Source: Candidatus Omnitrophota bacterium (lineage in GTDB: Bacteria; Omnitrophota; Omnitrophia; Omnitrophales; Aquincolibacteriaceae). Taken from it: a stretch of DNA of 64,000 nt. Numbering within the stretch: position 1 is the first letter of the stretch; every line of letters begins with the position of its first letter. Below the pieces are notes generated by a model that was given only the letters and a program-made list of their open reading frames with translations, was not told where the DNA came from and did not search any database. The stretch is from positions 137,199 to 201,198 of the forward strand of contig JAKLFP010000003.1 of the NCBI GenBank assembly GCA_022711115.1, in the 5' to 3' direction. Of the stretch, positions 31,101 to 41,364 are shown in pieces. The position numbers were made by a program, and so were the translations under genes.

Positions 31101-32383
31101 TCCCGATCGACCACCGCAAACTTCACATCCGCTTCGCATACAAGTTTATCCCCCACATAAGCTTTTCCGGAACATTGTCCGAAACGCGATCGTTTTTTCA
31201 AAACTTCGACTTCCATCCGCAAGGTATCTCCCGGCAAAACAGGACTGCGCCACTTCACTTCATCCACACTCATGAAATAAGCTATTTTCCCGCGGTTCTC
31301 CGCTTCACCGAGCATGATCACGCCTCCGACCTGGGCCATGGCCTCCACGATCAAGACCCCCGGCATGACGGGATGCCCGGGAAAATGCCCCTGAAAAAAA
31401 TAATCGTTCATGGAGACTTGTTTGAATCCAGTCGCCCGTATGCCAGGCTCAAAATTCTCGATGCGATCCACAAAAAGAAAAGGATAGCGGTGCGGAATGA
31501 TCTTTTGGATATCTTCCACGGTCAGTGTTTTCTTGATAGGTTCGTTGGCAGATTTTTTCGTCATCATTAATTTCCTCACAAGTTCTACGTTAAGGGCATG
31601 CCCGCTCCTTGAAGCGATGACATGCCCCCGAATAAACTTTCCGCATAAGAAAAGATCTCCCAGAATATCCATCATTTTGTGACGGCAAGCCTCATTTTCA
31701 AAACGTAATTTATTGGCGATCGGAAGATTTTTTTCGAAAATAAGCGTGTTGGAAGGATTCGCCCCTTTCCCGAACCCTTGCGACAAAAGTATCTCTGCTT
31801 CCTTTTTGAGACAAAAGGTCCTGGCCGGAGCCAATTCCCTCTCGAAAATTTCCGGTAAAATGGGAAGTGACAAGTATTGATCCAAAAGATCCTCGTCGTG
31901 ATAACTCAGCATATAGGAAATCGAAAAGTTCGAGGCCGGCAAGAGCACAATCGACTGATCCCCGTGGTCCATATAAACAGGCTCTTTCACCTCAAGAAAT
32001 TTCCGCTCCGCGCTTTGGTCCTCAATCCCCGACTCAAGCAAAACGCTCACGAACTCAGAAGCGCTGCCATCCATCCCCGGGACCTCTTCACCGTCAATCT
32101 CCACAATAGCGTTGTCGATCCCCAAGCCATGAAAAGTCGCCATCAAATGTTCTATCGTACGCACGCGTCCATTCCCGACCAAAAGAGTGGTCTGACGCAT
32201 CTCATCGGAACTGACATTTTCGATGGATGCCCGAACCTTAAGGTCGGGATTTAAATCCACGCGACAAAATAAAATGCCCGCGTTCTCAGCAGCCGGACAC
32301 ACACGGACCGTCACTTGACGGCCCGTATGTAAGCCTGCTCCCTGAAACGAAGCTGATTTCTTTAAAGTCTTCTGCTTCATCAT
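31097..32383 (-). CDS. lpxC/fabZ: Bifunctional UDP-3-O-acyl-GlcNAc deacetylase / 3-hydroxyacyl-ACP dehydratase (LpxC-FabZ fusion)
   Basis: N-terminal ~280 aa are an LpxC zinc deacetylase (HTLEH region). C-terminal ~145 aa are FabZ hot-dog (PHRYPFLFVDRI...GHFPGHPVMPGVL). Confidence 0.9.
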   Translation of the reverse strand: MMKQKTLKKSASFQGAGLHTGRQVTVRVCPAAENAGILFCRVDLNPDLKVRASIENVSSDEMRQTTLLVGNGRVRTIEHLMATFHGLGIDNAIVEIDGEEVPGMDGSASEFVSVLLESGIEDQSAERKFLEVKEPVYMDHGDQSIVLLPASNFSISYMLSYHDEDLLDQYLSLPILPEIFERELAPARTFCLKKEAEILLSQGFGKGANPSNTLIFEKNLPIANKLRFENEACRHKMMDILGDLFLCGKFIRGHVIASRSGHALNVELVRKLMMTKKSANEPIKKTLTVEDIQKIIPHRYPFLFVDRIENFEPGIRATGFKQVSMNDYFFQGHFPGHPVMPGVLIVEAMAQVGGVIMLGEAENRGKIAYFMSVDEVKWRSPVLPGDTLRMEVEVLKKRSRFGQCSGKAYVGDKLVCEADVKFAVVDRE

Positions 32384-32391
32384 GCTGGTTT

Positions 32392-32904
32392 TTAGGCCTT
32401 TTTATATTTCTTGGCAACTTCGGCGGAAACCTGTGCCGTGATATCCAGCGATTTTTTCTGGGCAAGAAGGACTCGCTTGTTGAAAACCAAGTCGTAGCCG
32501 CCTTTCGCCGTCAGATCCTGGACCACTGTGTCGATATCCTGGAAAATTTCACGGACCACTTTGTCGCGTTTTTCCGCAAGTTGCTGGCGCGCCGTGCGGT
32601 CAAAATCCTCAAGTTGGCGTTTTTTCTCAATCAGTTGCTCCTGTTTGGTTGCACGGGCATTGGCCGCAAGAAGAGCGATTTCGTCTTCCATGGCGCGAAT
32701 GGCGTTCGTCAGTTCGGTGCGTTCTTTTTCTTTAGCTTCTCCTGCGCTTTTCAGCACAAGATCCTGATCTTTGGTCTTTTGATAATTATCAAAGACTTCG
32801 GCCACATCGACATAGGCAACTTTCATTTCTGCAGCAAAGACTGGCAAGCAAAAACCAAACACCATCATTGCCAAAATAAATCCTGCGATTAATTTCTTAT
32901 CCAT
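32392..32904 (-). CDS. skp: Periplasmic chaperone Skp (OmpH)
   Basis: Signal peptide, then a 170-aa coiled-coil rich protein immediately downstream of bamA. Confidence 0.8.
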   Translation of the reverse strand: MDKKLIAGFILAMMVFGFCLPVFAAEMKVAYVDVAEVFDNYQKTKDQDLVLKSAGEAKEKERTELTNAIRAMEDEIALLAANARATKQEQLIEKKRQLEDFDRTARQQLAEKRDKVVREIFQDIDTVVQDLTAKGGYDLVFNKRVLLAQKKSLDITAQVSAEVAKKYKKA

Positions 32905-32937
32905 ACACTCCTCCTTGTTTTTTGACTGAAATATTTT

Positions 32938-35424
32938 TTAAAAGCTCCGGCTCAAACTAAACTCAAACCGCCCGTTTTCATTTTCGGTGTCCCGGTTCGC
33001 AACAGGAAAACCATAATAAAACGCCAAAGGTCCGATAGGTGTTTTTACCTTAAGACCAGGCCCCACGCTGACTACGAATTCCCCAAAATCGACATTATAA
33101 GAATCCTGGCTCAAATTACCAGCATCGACAAAGACGACTCCGCGGAAAGCATCAAGCAACGGAATGGGGAAACTGTAGTCAAGATTAACGATCGCCATGG
33201 TCTGAGCGCCGACGGGACTATCATTTTCTTTCGGCCCAACGCGCCGATAGCCATAACCTCGGATCGTACCAAGTCCCCCCGCAAAGAACCGGTCGTAAAC
33301 CGGGACGTCATCCGATTGTCCAAAAGGTTGTGATGTCGCCAAGCGGGCCTGCAATTCGATCATGTGTTTTTTCTTAAAGGTAAGATATTCCGTATAACCG
33401 GAACGCAAAATATAGAAAGTTTGATTTCCGCCAAGAAAACTGCCCACAAGTTCACCGCCTAAATTAGCAACGCGGCCTTTGGTAGGGTTAAACACATTAT
33501 CGCGATTATCATAACTCGTAAACATACGGAGACGGGAAAGCCAATCAGGCCCTTCGGAATCCCAAATAATCTGGGGGGCATTATCATCAATATCTTTCAA
33601 TTCTACATGCTCCATGGTGTAACCACTTCCCAAGCGAAACACGTCTTTGAAAAGCCGGGAAAAGGTTGTTCCGGCCCCCATCCTTGTTTGACCAAAGTCG
33701 ACATTTTCATCAGATTCTGAGGTCCGAAAAAGGTCTGTCTGCCAGGCAATGGGTTTATTTAAAAAATAAGGTTCCACAAAACTGACATTGTACTCCTGAT
33801 GGACCGTTCCGATCTGTGCGCGAATGGAAAGCGATTGCCCGCCTCCTGTAAACCTTGGCCAGTTAAAAATATCGAAATTCCTCTGTGAAATTTCGGCAAA
33901 TCCCATAAAAGTATCCACAGAACTGACGCCGCCGCCAAAAGAAAGTTCGCCGGTTCGCTTTTCTTTTACGCGAAAGATCAGATCCTTCCGGTTCGGCCCC
34001 GTATCCGTGGGCTCCGTATCGTAAGTAATTTCTTCGAAATAACCCAGATTCTCTAAACGCTGTTTGGATTTTTCGATTTTCTGGCCGTCAAATCGTTCGC
34101 CAGGCCGTATCCTGAGCTCACGGCGAATGACCTTATCGCGCGTCTTGGTATTTCCCCGGATCTGGACTTTATCGACAAAATAAAGATCTCCCTGTTGAAT
34201 TTCGTAAGTAATGTCGACCCGGTTTGTTTCACGGTTGAGCTTCACGTCCGGGACCACACGAGCTTCAATATAGCCTTCGCTTGAATAAAACATTCGGAGC
34301 TTTTCGATATCCTGCGACACGTAGTATTGAGAATAGGTCAAACCGGGAAGCATCTCCAACTGCTGCCAAAGTTCGGATTCCGGAAAGAGCGTATTGCCTT
34401 TAAACTTGATTTCACCCGCAACGTAATGAGGCCCTTCGTCGATCTTAATCACGATTTCAATTTTGTTTTTATTTTTGTCATAAACGAATTCCGGATCCAC
34501 ACGAACATCCAGATAACCTTCCTTCTGATAAAAAAAGTTGATCCTTTCGATGTCTTTTTCAAAATTTTCTTCCTTGAAGGTTCCGGAAAAAAACCATTTT
34601 TTCTCGTGTGTTTTCATAAGTTTCCGGAGTTCTTTGTCCTTGAACGCCTTGGCCCCTTCGAAAGAGATCTTGCTAATCTTGAATTTTTTTCCTTCATAGA
34701 TCTTCATTGTCACAACGGCTTCTTTGGTCTGCGGGTCTACATTGACTGTGGTTTGGATATCGATAAAACGAAACCCTTTGTTCGCATAAAGCTTTCGGAT
34801 CTCGCCTTCGCCTTTTTTAATAGCCTTACGATCCAGGATCTGCCCTTCGATTACATTTAAGGTTTTACGAAGTTTATCTTCCTTGAAAACCGTATTCCCT
34901 TCCAGAAGGATCTGACGGATAATCGGCTTTTCATCCACATTCACGATCAGTTTATAGCCCTCGGGAAGTTCCTCTACTTCGAGCTGAACGTCTTCAAAAA
35001 ATCCTGCGGCATAAAGCCGTTTGATATCCTCATTGACTACTTGCTGTTTGAGCGTCAGTCCCTGCTTGGTTTGGATTTTGCTCAAGATGGTGTTCGTACT
35101 CACGATGCGGTTCCCACGCACTTCCACAGCGACGACTTTTTTTACGGGCTGAGGCAACGGTTGAGGGGCTTCATTGTTTTGCGGAACAGCCGCAGCCGCC
35201 GAAGTTGGCGCGGCTTCTGTTTGCTGAACCGGAGCAGGTGCCGTTGCAGGAACCGCCGTCACTTCTTGCTTCGTCTCCGGTGTGGCCTGTTTTTGGTCGG
35301 AAGAGGATGAGGTCTCTGAAGCAGTCGTAGCATCCAATTTTGAAACTACCTCTTCTGAAAAAGCCTGCGGCGCAGGACAACACCATAATGCAACACACAA
35401 AAGCAGGACAGCAAAATATTTCAT
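32938..35424 (-). CDS. bamA: Outer membrane protein assembly factor BamA
   Basis: Signal peptide, an N-terminal low-complexity linker, five POTRA domains and a C-terminal 16-strand beta-barrel ending in an aromatic residue. 828 aa. Confidence 0.9.
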   Translation of the reverse strand: MKYFAVLLLCVALWCCPAPQAFSEEVVSKLDATTASETSSSSDQKQATPETKQEVTAVPATAPAPVQQTEAAPTSAAAAVPQNNEAPQPLPQPVKKVVAVEVRGNRIVSTNTILSKIQTKQGLTLKQQVVNEDIKRLYAAGFFEDVQLEVEELPEGYKLIVNVDEKPIIRQILLEGNTVFKEDKLRKTLNVIEGQILDRKAIKKGEGEIRKLYANKGFRFIDIQTTVNVDPQTKEAVVTMKIYEGKKFKISKISFEGAKAFKDKELRKLMKTHEKKWFFSGTFKEENFEKDIERINFFYQKEGYLDVRVDPEFVYDKNKNKIEIVIKIDEGPHYVAGEIKFKGNTLFPESELWQQLEMLPGLTYSQYYVSQDIEKLRMFYSSEGYIEARVVPDVKLNRETNRVDITYEIQQGDLYFVDKVQIRGNTKTRDKVIRRELRIRPGERFDGQKIEKSKQRLENLGYFEEITYDTEPTDTGPNRKDLIFRVKEKRTGELSFGGGVSSVDTFMGFAEISQRNFDIFNWPRFTGGGQSLSIRAQIGTVHQEYNVSFVEPYFLNKPIAWQTDLFRTSESDENVDFGQTRMGAGTTFSRLFKDVFRLGSGYTMEHVELKDIDDNAPQIIWDSEGPDWLSRLRMFTSYDNRDNVFNPTKGRVANLGGELVGSFLGGNQTFYILRSGYTEYLTFKKKHMIELQARLATSQPFGQSDDVPVYDRFFAGGLGTIRGYGYRRVGPKENDSPVGAQTMAIVNLDYSFPIPLLDAFRGVVFVDAGNLSQDSYNVDFGEFVVSVGPGLKVKTPIGPLAFYYGFPVANRDTENENGRFEFSLSRSF

Positions 35425-36788
35425 CAGGCTGCCTCCTCAGAACGAAAAAATTCCGGATTATCAAAACGTGTCCATTCTTTCAAAAACACAAGGGGAATAG
35501 CCCCCGTCGGGCCATTGCGCTGTTTTGCGATGATCGCTTCGGCCTTGTTTTTATTTTCTTCGGAGGGCTGATAATATTCTTCACGAAACAGAAAAACAAC
35601 TACGTCCGCATCTTGTTCGATGGCGCCGGACTCACGAAGATCCGAAAGCTGCGGGCGATTGCCGGTCCGTTGTTCCACCGCGCGGGAAAGCTGACTTACC
35701 GCAATCACGGGAACCCGGAGCTCACGCGCAAGGGCCTTCAAGGAACGGGAAATCTCGGATATTTCTTGTTGACGGCTTTCCACTGCCCTGACACCCTGCA
35801 TTAATTGCAAATAGTCGATCACCACAAGAGAAATATCATGTTTCATTTTGAGCCGGCGAGCCTTCGCGCGAATTTCAAGGACGGTCTGCGCCGGGCTATC
35901 ATCAATAAAAATCTGTGCCTCGGAAAGTTTTCCGGCTGCGCTCGTCAGCTTGGGCCAGTCCTGGTGCGACAAATAACCCGTGCGGACTTTCTGGGCATCC
36001 ACCCGCGCATGCGAACAAAGCATTCTTTGCACCAACTGTTCTTTGCTCATTTCAAGTGAAAAAATCACCACCGGCTTCTTGAGATTGATCCCGACATGTT
36101 CAATGATCGCGGTCGCAAAAGCGGATTTCCCCATTGAAGGACGGCCGGCAACAATCACCAGATCGGAAGGCTGAAGTCCGGCTGTTTTCATATCGAATTC
36201 ATGAAATCCAGAAGCCAATCCCGTGATGTGCTCCTTGCGCTGAAAAAGCTGGTCAATGGTCTCCATGCTTTCATGAATGATTTCTTTGATCTGATAGGCC
36301 TTGCCTTCGATATGGGCCTGTCCGATATCAAAAATCATTTTTTCCGCGCTATCGATCATTTCTTTGGCATTGCCATCCGACTCCAGGCTGGTTTGAACAA
36401 TCTGCGTTGCGGATTGGATCAATTGCCGAAGAAGTGCTTTTTCTTTAACAATGCGGGCGTAATGTTCGATATTGGCGGCCGTCGGCACCATGGTGGTCAA
36501 TTGGGTGAGATAACTGATGCCGCCGAGACCGTCAAGCTGCTTGCGTTTCCGGAGTTCTTCGGAGACCGTAATGAGATCCACGGGCTGGTTATGGTCAAAA
36601 AGGCTGGTCATCACATCAAAAATCTGTTGGTGCCGGAGATCGTAGAAAAAATCAGGCTTAAGAACTTCGATGGCTTTCGTCAGCGCCAACTCATCAAAAA
36701 ACATCGCCCCCAGAACGCTCATTTCGGCTTCGCGATTCTGGGGCGGGACTTTTTCGTAAAGATTTACCGTTGTTTGCGTTTCAGCCAC
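35424..36788 (-). CDS. dnaB: Replicative DNA helicase
   Basis: N-terminal DnaB domain and a C-terminal RecA-like domain with Walker A GRPSMGKS. 454 aa. Confidence 0.95.
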   Translation of the reverse strand: MAETQTTVNLYEKVPPQNREAEMSVLGAMFFDELALTKAIEVLKPDFFYDLRHQQIFDVMTSLFDHNQPVDLITVSEELRKRKQLDGLGGISYLTQLTTMVPTAANIEHYARIVKEKALLRQLIQSATQIVQTSLESDGNAKEMIDSAEKMIFDIGQAHIEGKAYQIKEIIHESMETIDQLFQRKEHITGLASGFHEFDMKTAGLQPSDLVIVAGRPSMGKSAFATAIIEHVGINLKKPVVIFSLEMSKEQLVQRMLCSHARVDAQKVRTGYLSHQDWPKLTSAAGKLSEAQIFIDDSPAQTVLEIRAKARRLKMKHDISLVVIDYLQLMQGVRAVESRQQEISEISRSLKALARELRVPVIAVSQLSRAVEQRTGNRPQLSDLRESGAIEQDADVVVFLFREEYYQPSEENKNKAEAIIAKQRNGPTGAIPLVFLKEWTRFDNPEFFRSEEAA

Positions 36789-36892
36789 AAAAATACCTCT
36801 TCAGAGGTGTATGACACTGGTCGTACTCTTTTGAAAAAGCTTCAGACGCTCGATACTTTGTTGATCTATGCGATTGATCTTCAATAATAAAA

Positions 36893-37339
36893 TCAGGCTT
36901 GCCTTAAAAGCTCCACAGTGAGACGCACCTTAACCTGCGGGAAAAGCTCCAAATCGACTTGGTGAACGCCCAATGTTTTCAAGGGGGTCTTTATCCGGAT
37001 CTGTTTCTTTTCAAATTCATGACCTTTTTGCTCAAGTGCCACACGGATATCTTCGGCCGTCACAGCCCCGTAAAGCTTGTCGCCTTCTCCTGCCTTGACT
37101 TCCAAAGAAATCTTCAGGTCCCGAAGCTCTTTCGCTTTCTTTTCAGCTGCTTCTTTTTCTTTTGCCTTACGGGCGGCGCTGCGGGCTTTTTGTTCCTTAA
37201 AAAATGCTTGATTCGCTCGGGTTGCCGGCATGGCCAAATCCTGAGGGATGAGAAAATTCCTTCCAAAGCCGTCGCGCACGCGTACCACATCCCCTTTTTT
37301 ACCGATATCCTTGACATCTTTCAAAAGCAATAATTCCAT
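36893..37339 (-). CDS. rplI: 50S ribosomal protein L9
   Basis: N-terminus MELLLLKDVKDIGKKGDVVRVRDGFGRNFLIP is the L9 signature. 148 aa. Confidence 0.9.
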   Translation of the reverse strand: MELLLLKDVKDIGKKGDVVRVRDGFGRNFLIPQDLAMPATRANQAFFKEQKARSAARKAKEKEAAEKKAKELRDLKISLEVKAGEGDKLYGAVTAEDIRVALEQKGHEFEKKQIRIKTPLKTLGVHQVDLELFPQVKVRLTVELLRQA

Positions 37340-37390
37340 ATTACTTCTTCCCCTTTCGTATTTTCTTTGGGATTTTTTGAATGCCGACTC

Positions 37391-37705
37391 TTAGTTCGCC
37401 TGGAACGGCAACAATCCCGCATGCCGCGCTCGTTTAATAAGCCGCGTCAACGTTCTCTGATCCTTGGCATTGAGACGCGTGATGCGCCGCGGAAGGATCT
37501 TTCCTTTTTCTGTCAAATATTTCCCGAGACTATCGGTTTCCTTGTAATCCATCTGTGGCAGCACACGACGCATCCGTTTGCGAGGCATGCGCGATCCGGC
37601 CGCTCCGCGTTCTTTTTTATCACCATAAGCACCGGGACGCCCGCTGCCAGGCTTTTTGAATTTTTTGTCATCGTTTCGTTTGAATCTTGAATTTCTTGGT
37701 TCCAT
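37391..37705 (-). CDS. rpsR: 30S ribosomal protein S18
   Basis: Conserved S18 core [49 protein letters not shown]. Confidence 0.85.
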   Translation of the reverse strand: MEPRNSRFKRNDDKKFKKPGSGRPGAYGDKKERGAAGSRMPRKRMRRVLPQMDYKETDSLGKYLTEKGKILPRRITRLNAKDQRTLTRLIKRARHAGLLPFQAN

Positions 37706-37731
37706 AGTTTTTACACCTAGCTGAGCTTGAT

Positions 37732-38217
37732 TTAGAAGGGAATATCTTCGTCGGGTTTCAATTCGTCCTTTGAAAGGGAGACGGTATCCTTTTTGGAAGG
37801 CGCGCCGCTTTCAGGCGCTTCAAAAATACTGTCATCCACATCCATGGCCGGCACATCCGAGCCATCGCCTTTTCCGTTCCCAGATTTTGAACCGAGGAAC
37901 TGGACAGCATCGGCAACCACTTCGGTGGAATATCGTTTGGTGCCGTCCGGACCATCCCAACTTCGGGTCTGGAGCCTTCCTTCGACAAAAACCGGCCGGC
38001 CTTTCTTCAAATACTCATTGCAAATCTCCGCAAGACGGGCCCAAACCACGATACGGATGAAACATACTTCTTCTTTTTTTTCGCCCGCCTTGGAATTGTA
38101 GGTGCGATTTACGGCAATCGTAAACGTGGTCACCGCTTGCCCTGAAGGGATATAACGCAGTTCAGGATCCCTCGTAAGGTTTCCGATCAACATGACTTTA
38201 TTCAAACTTGCTGACAT
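37732..38217 (-). CDS. ssb: Single-stranded DNA-binding protein
   Basis: OB-fold N-terminus ([16 protein letters not shown]), a Gly-rich linker and the acidic C-terminal tip DIPF. Confidence 0.9.
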   Translation of the reverse strand: MSASLNKVMLIGNLTRDPELRYIPSGQAVTTFTIAVNRTYNSKAGEKKEEVCFIRIVVWARLAEICNEYLKKGRPVFVEGRLQTRSWDGPDGTKRYSTEVVADAVQFLGSKSGNGKGDGSDVPAMDVDDSIFEAPESGAPSKKDTVSLSKDELKPDEDIPF

Positions 38218-38249
38218 AGAGCACCTGTCGCTTTCGCGTGTTGAATGAA

Positions 38250-38588
38250 CTACTCTTTAGAAACCGCCGTCGCTGCTTGGAGAGCCGGCAATACAACTTT
38301 TTTACACGGAATACTGATCATATACTTTAAAAGATTGCTTTGGAGTTCGAGCTCTTTTCGAAAATCCTGTGTCTTCGAAGTATCCATCTCAAATTCGAAA
38401 ACCAGCACGCGCCCCTCTTTGTGCTTGCGCAGAGGATGACCCAAGGTCTTTTTACCGAGATCATTCTTCTGAAGGACCTTGCCTTGGAACTTTTCGATCC
38501 ACTTTGTCACTTCCGCGATAGGATCTTTATGGCTTTCCCCCGAAACTTCAGGCGGGAAAATAAACAAACCTTCGTATTTTTTCATCAC
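38250..38588 (-). CDS. rpsF: 30S ribosomal protein S6
   Basis: MKKYEGLFIF...N-terminus typical of S6. It is first gene of the rpsF-ssb-rpsR-rplI operon. Confidence 0.9.
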   Translation of the reverse strand: MMKKYEGLFIFPPEVSGESHKDPIAEVTKWIEKFQGKVLQKNDLGKKTLGHPLRKHKEGRVLVFEFEMDTSKTQDFRKELELQSNLLKYMISIPCKKVVLPALQAATAVSKE

Positions 38589-38854
38589 ACACTCCCTAAT
38601 ATCTGAATTTGAATAATAACTTTTTCCGTAAGGCTTGTAAGAAGAAGCTACAGAAGCAGTTATGACGTTTTTAAACCTTCGGAAAGGCCTAAAAGGAAAA
38701 ACAATGTAACATAAATGTCGCTATTCCGCAACCTTGATTCTCATCCAAGATTTAATAGAAAACAAGGACAGGCTTGCTTATCATTCATCAAAAAACTAAA
38801 GCCTAAATACCCGTTTGAAAAAATCTTAAGCAAGGATAGTTCTGAAGTTCGCTA

Positions 38855-39460
38855 CTAAGGCAATTCCGCAGCATTGACCCAGTTCATAGCACGCGCTAAA
38901 GGCTCAAGAGCCCATGAACGGCAAGCTTGCATCCCTTTCACAAGAATGGCTTCCATGTGTTTCTCTTCTTGAGGCTCGAATAAAGAAAGCACATAATCCT
39001 TAAGGGGTTCTGTTTGCACTTCGAATTTGTGGGGGCTGTCACCCGCCAAGGTACCGATTCCCATCCGAAGCCGAGGATATCCCTCACTTCCCAAATGTTC
39101 TTCAATAGAAGCCAGGCCGTTATGCCCTCCCGCACTGCCTTCACCTCGTAATCGGAATTTCCCAAATGGGAGAGCCACATCATCGACCACAATGAGCAAA
39201 TCCCGAAAAGACTTGATCCCAAAATGCGTTACGAGCAACTTGACTGCCTCCCCGGAAAGATTCATATAGGTCAATGGATAAGCCACATGAATGGGCTCAC
39301 CTGCCCAATGAACCGTGGCTAGAGACGCCTGAAGAGATTTTTTGGAATTAAAAGCAACTTTTTCTTTCGCGGCGATGAATTCCATGAGGCGGCGTCCCAT
39401 GTTGTGTCGCGTATCGACATATTCTTTTCCGGGATTCCCAAGTCCAACGATCAGCTTCAT
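38855..39460 (-). CDS. pth: Peptidyl-tRNA hydrolase
   Basis: MKLIVGLGNPG N-terminus and the catalytic His region. The start was trimmed to the internal Met. Confidence 0.9.
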   Translation of the reverse strand: MKLIVGLGNPGKEYVDTRHNMGRRLMEFIAAKEKVAFNSKKSLQASLATVHWAGEPIHVAYPLTYMNLSGEAVKLLVTHFGIKSFRDLLIVVDDVALPFGKFRLRGEGSAGGHNGLASIEEHLGSEGYPRLRMGIGTLAGDSPHKFEVQTEPLKDYVLSLFEPQEEKHMEAILVKGMQACRSWALEPLARAMNWVNAAELP

Positions 39461-39594
39461 CAGAACCCTCAAGACCCTTGCAGGAGCTGTGTCATATTGA
39501 ATTCCATGGATTCATGGTATTTGTCCCGCAAAACAATTAAATTAAAATTGACGCAAGACAAAACCGTTCGCGCAGCCAAGCAAAGAATCTTGCT

Positions 39595-40317
39595 TTATTT
39601 CGCTTCTTTCGCGGGAGCTGCTGGAGCGGGCTTTGCCGCACCCGGCGCTGCTTTCCCTGCCTCTTCGCCTTCTTTTTCTTTCTTGCCTTTTTCGATAACC
39701 TCAGGTCCGGCAGCCGCCTCACCTTCTTCAACCGGCGCCACTTCTTCTTTTTGAGGTGCGTGTAGTGCAACGACGACTTCTTCCGGAGGCAGAAGGCACA
39801 GGACTCCTTGCGCAAGTCCGAGCTCTTTCGCGTGGATCGCATCGCTGATTTTCATGGTCTTGACATCGATCTCGATTTTTTCCGGGATCTGGGTCGGCAA
39901 ACATTCCACCTCAACTTCGCGATGCACAAGATCCAAGACACCGCCTTCTTTAACTCCGGGAGCCTCCTCCGCATGGAGAAGTACCACCGGCACTTTGGCA
40001 GTGATCTTTTCGGTCAAGGAAATTACCATAAAATCCACATGATCGATTTTGTCCGTAACCGGATTATGCTGAATGTCCTTGATACGGCAAGTGGACTCTT
40101 TGAGTTTGACGCCTTCAACCTGAAGCGTGATGAGCACGTTCTCGCCGGCTTTCGTGTGAAGTGCTTTAAAAAATGCTTTTTCCGAAACCTCCAGCGAGAG
40201 TGGTTTCATTCCATGGCCGTAAACAATGCCCGGGATCATTTCATTGCGGCGAACCCCGCGAGCCTTCCGGGTACCCTCCGCCGTACGTGATTTCGCTTGT
40301 AATTCAAAAGTTTCCAT
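39595..40317 (-). CDS. rplY: 50S ribosomal protein L25 / general stress protein Ctc
   Basis: L25 N-domain and a Ctc-type C-terminal beta-domain, followed by an Ala/Pro/Glu/Lys-rich tail. 240 aa. Confidence 0.85.
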   Translation of the reverse strand: METFELQAKSRTAEGTRKARGVRRNEMIPGIVYGHGMKPLSLEVSEKAFFKALHTKAGENVLITLQVEGVKLKESTCRIKDIQHNPVTDKIDHVDFMVISLTEKITAKVPVVLLHAEEAPGVKEGGVLDLVHREVEVECLPTQIPEKIEIDVKTMKISDAIHAKELGLAQGVLCLLPPEEVVVALHAPQKEEVAPVEEGEAAAGPEVIEKGKKEKEGEEAGKAAPGAAKPAPAAPAKEAK

Positions 40318-40377
40318 TTTAAAACCCTCCTTGAGGTCTTTTATTAAGACGGAATCTGACTTCCTTCTTTTTTTGGT

Positions 40378-41355
40378 TTATGCTTCAACCGCCGATTGTG
40401 AAAACAGCGTGCTGATGGATTCGTTGTAATGAATCCGGTAGATCGCCTCCGCAAGAAGCGAAGCGATCGAAAGCTGGGTGATCTTTTTAATCCTTTTTTC
40501 CGGAGAAAGCGGAATGCTATCCGTCACAATGAGTTCTTTGATGACCGAATTTTGAATCCGTTCTATTGCGGGACCTGCAAGCACCGGGTGGACAATCGTC
40601 GCATAAATATCTCGCGCCCCATGACGTTTCAAAGCTTTTGCAGCTTCCACCAAAGAACCACCGGTTGAGATAAGGTCGTCGATGATCACGACGTTTTTAT
40701 TTTTTACGGAACCGATAATATGCATGACATGCGTTTCAGAAGCACTTTCGCGACGCTTATCCACGATCGCCAGATCACACCTGAAAAGTTTCGCATACCC
40801 ACGGGCCATCTTGATCCCGCCGACATCGGGTGAAACAATCACCAGATTTTTAAGCTTTTTCTTTTCGAGATAATCTCCTAAAACATTGATCGAGTAGAGG
40901 TGATCCACCGGGATATCAAAAAATCCCTGGATCTGTCCTGCATGCAGATCCATGGTCAGCACACGATTCGCCCCAGCGCTCACAATAAGATTCGCCACAA
41001 GCTTTGCCGTGATCGGCACGCGCGGCCTGTCTTTGCGGTCTTGACGGGCATACCCAAAAAACGGAAGTACGGCCGTGATGCGTTTGGCAGAAGCGCGGCG
41101 GGCGGCATCTATCAGGATCAACAGCTCCATGATGTTTTCGTTCGGCGGCGTACAGGTGGACTGAACAATAAAGACATCTTTGCCTCGGATATTGTCGCGA
41201 ATCTGGACCTGAATTTCTCCCTCCGGAAAACGTCCGAGAAGAACGTTCCCGAGCGGGATATCGAGTTTTCTTGCGATATTGATCGCCAACTCTGGATTGG
41301 AACCTCCCGCAAGAAGTGTCATGGAACCATTTTTCTGTTTTTGAATTTTTGGCAT
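40378..41355 (-). CDS. prs: Ribose-phosphate pyrophosphokinase
   Basis: PRPP synthetase signature, PRPP-binding loop DLHA and the divalent-cation site. 325 aa. Confidence 0.95.
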   Translation of the reverse strand: MPKIQKQKNGSMTLLAGGSNPELAINIARKLDIPLGNVLLGRFPEGEIQVQIRDNIRGKDVFIVQSTCTPPNENIMELLILIDAARRASAKRITAVLPFFGYARQDRKDRPRVPITAKLVANLIVSAGANRVLTMDLHAGQIQGFFDIPVDHLYSINVLGDYLEKKKLKNLVIVSPDVGGIKMARGYAKLFRCDLAIVDKRRESASETHVMHIIGSVKNKNVVIIDDLISTGGSLVEAAKALKRHGARDIYATIVHPVLAGPAIERIQNSVIKELIVTDSIPLSPEKRIKKITQLSIASLLAEAIYRIHYNESISTLFSQSAVEA

Positions 41356-41364
41356 AAAAATCCT

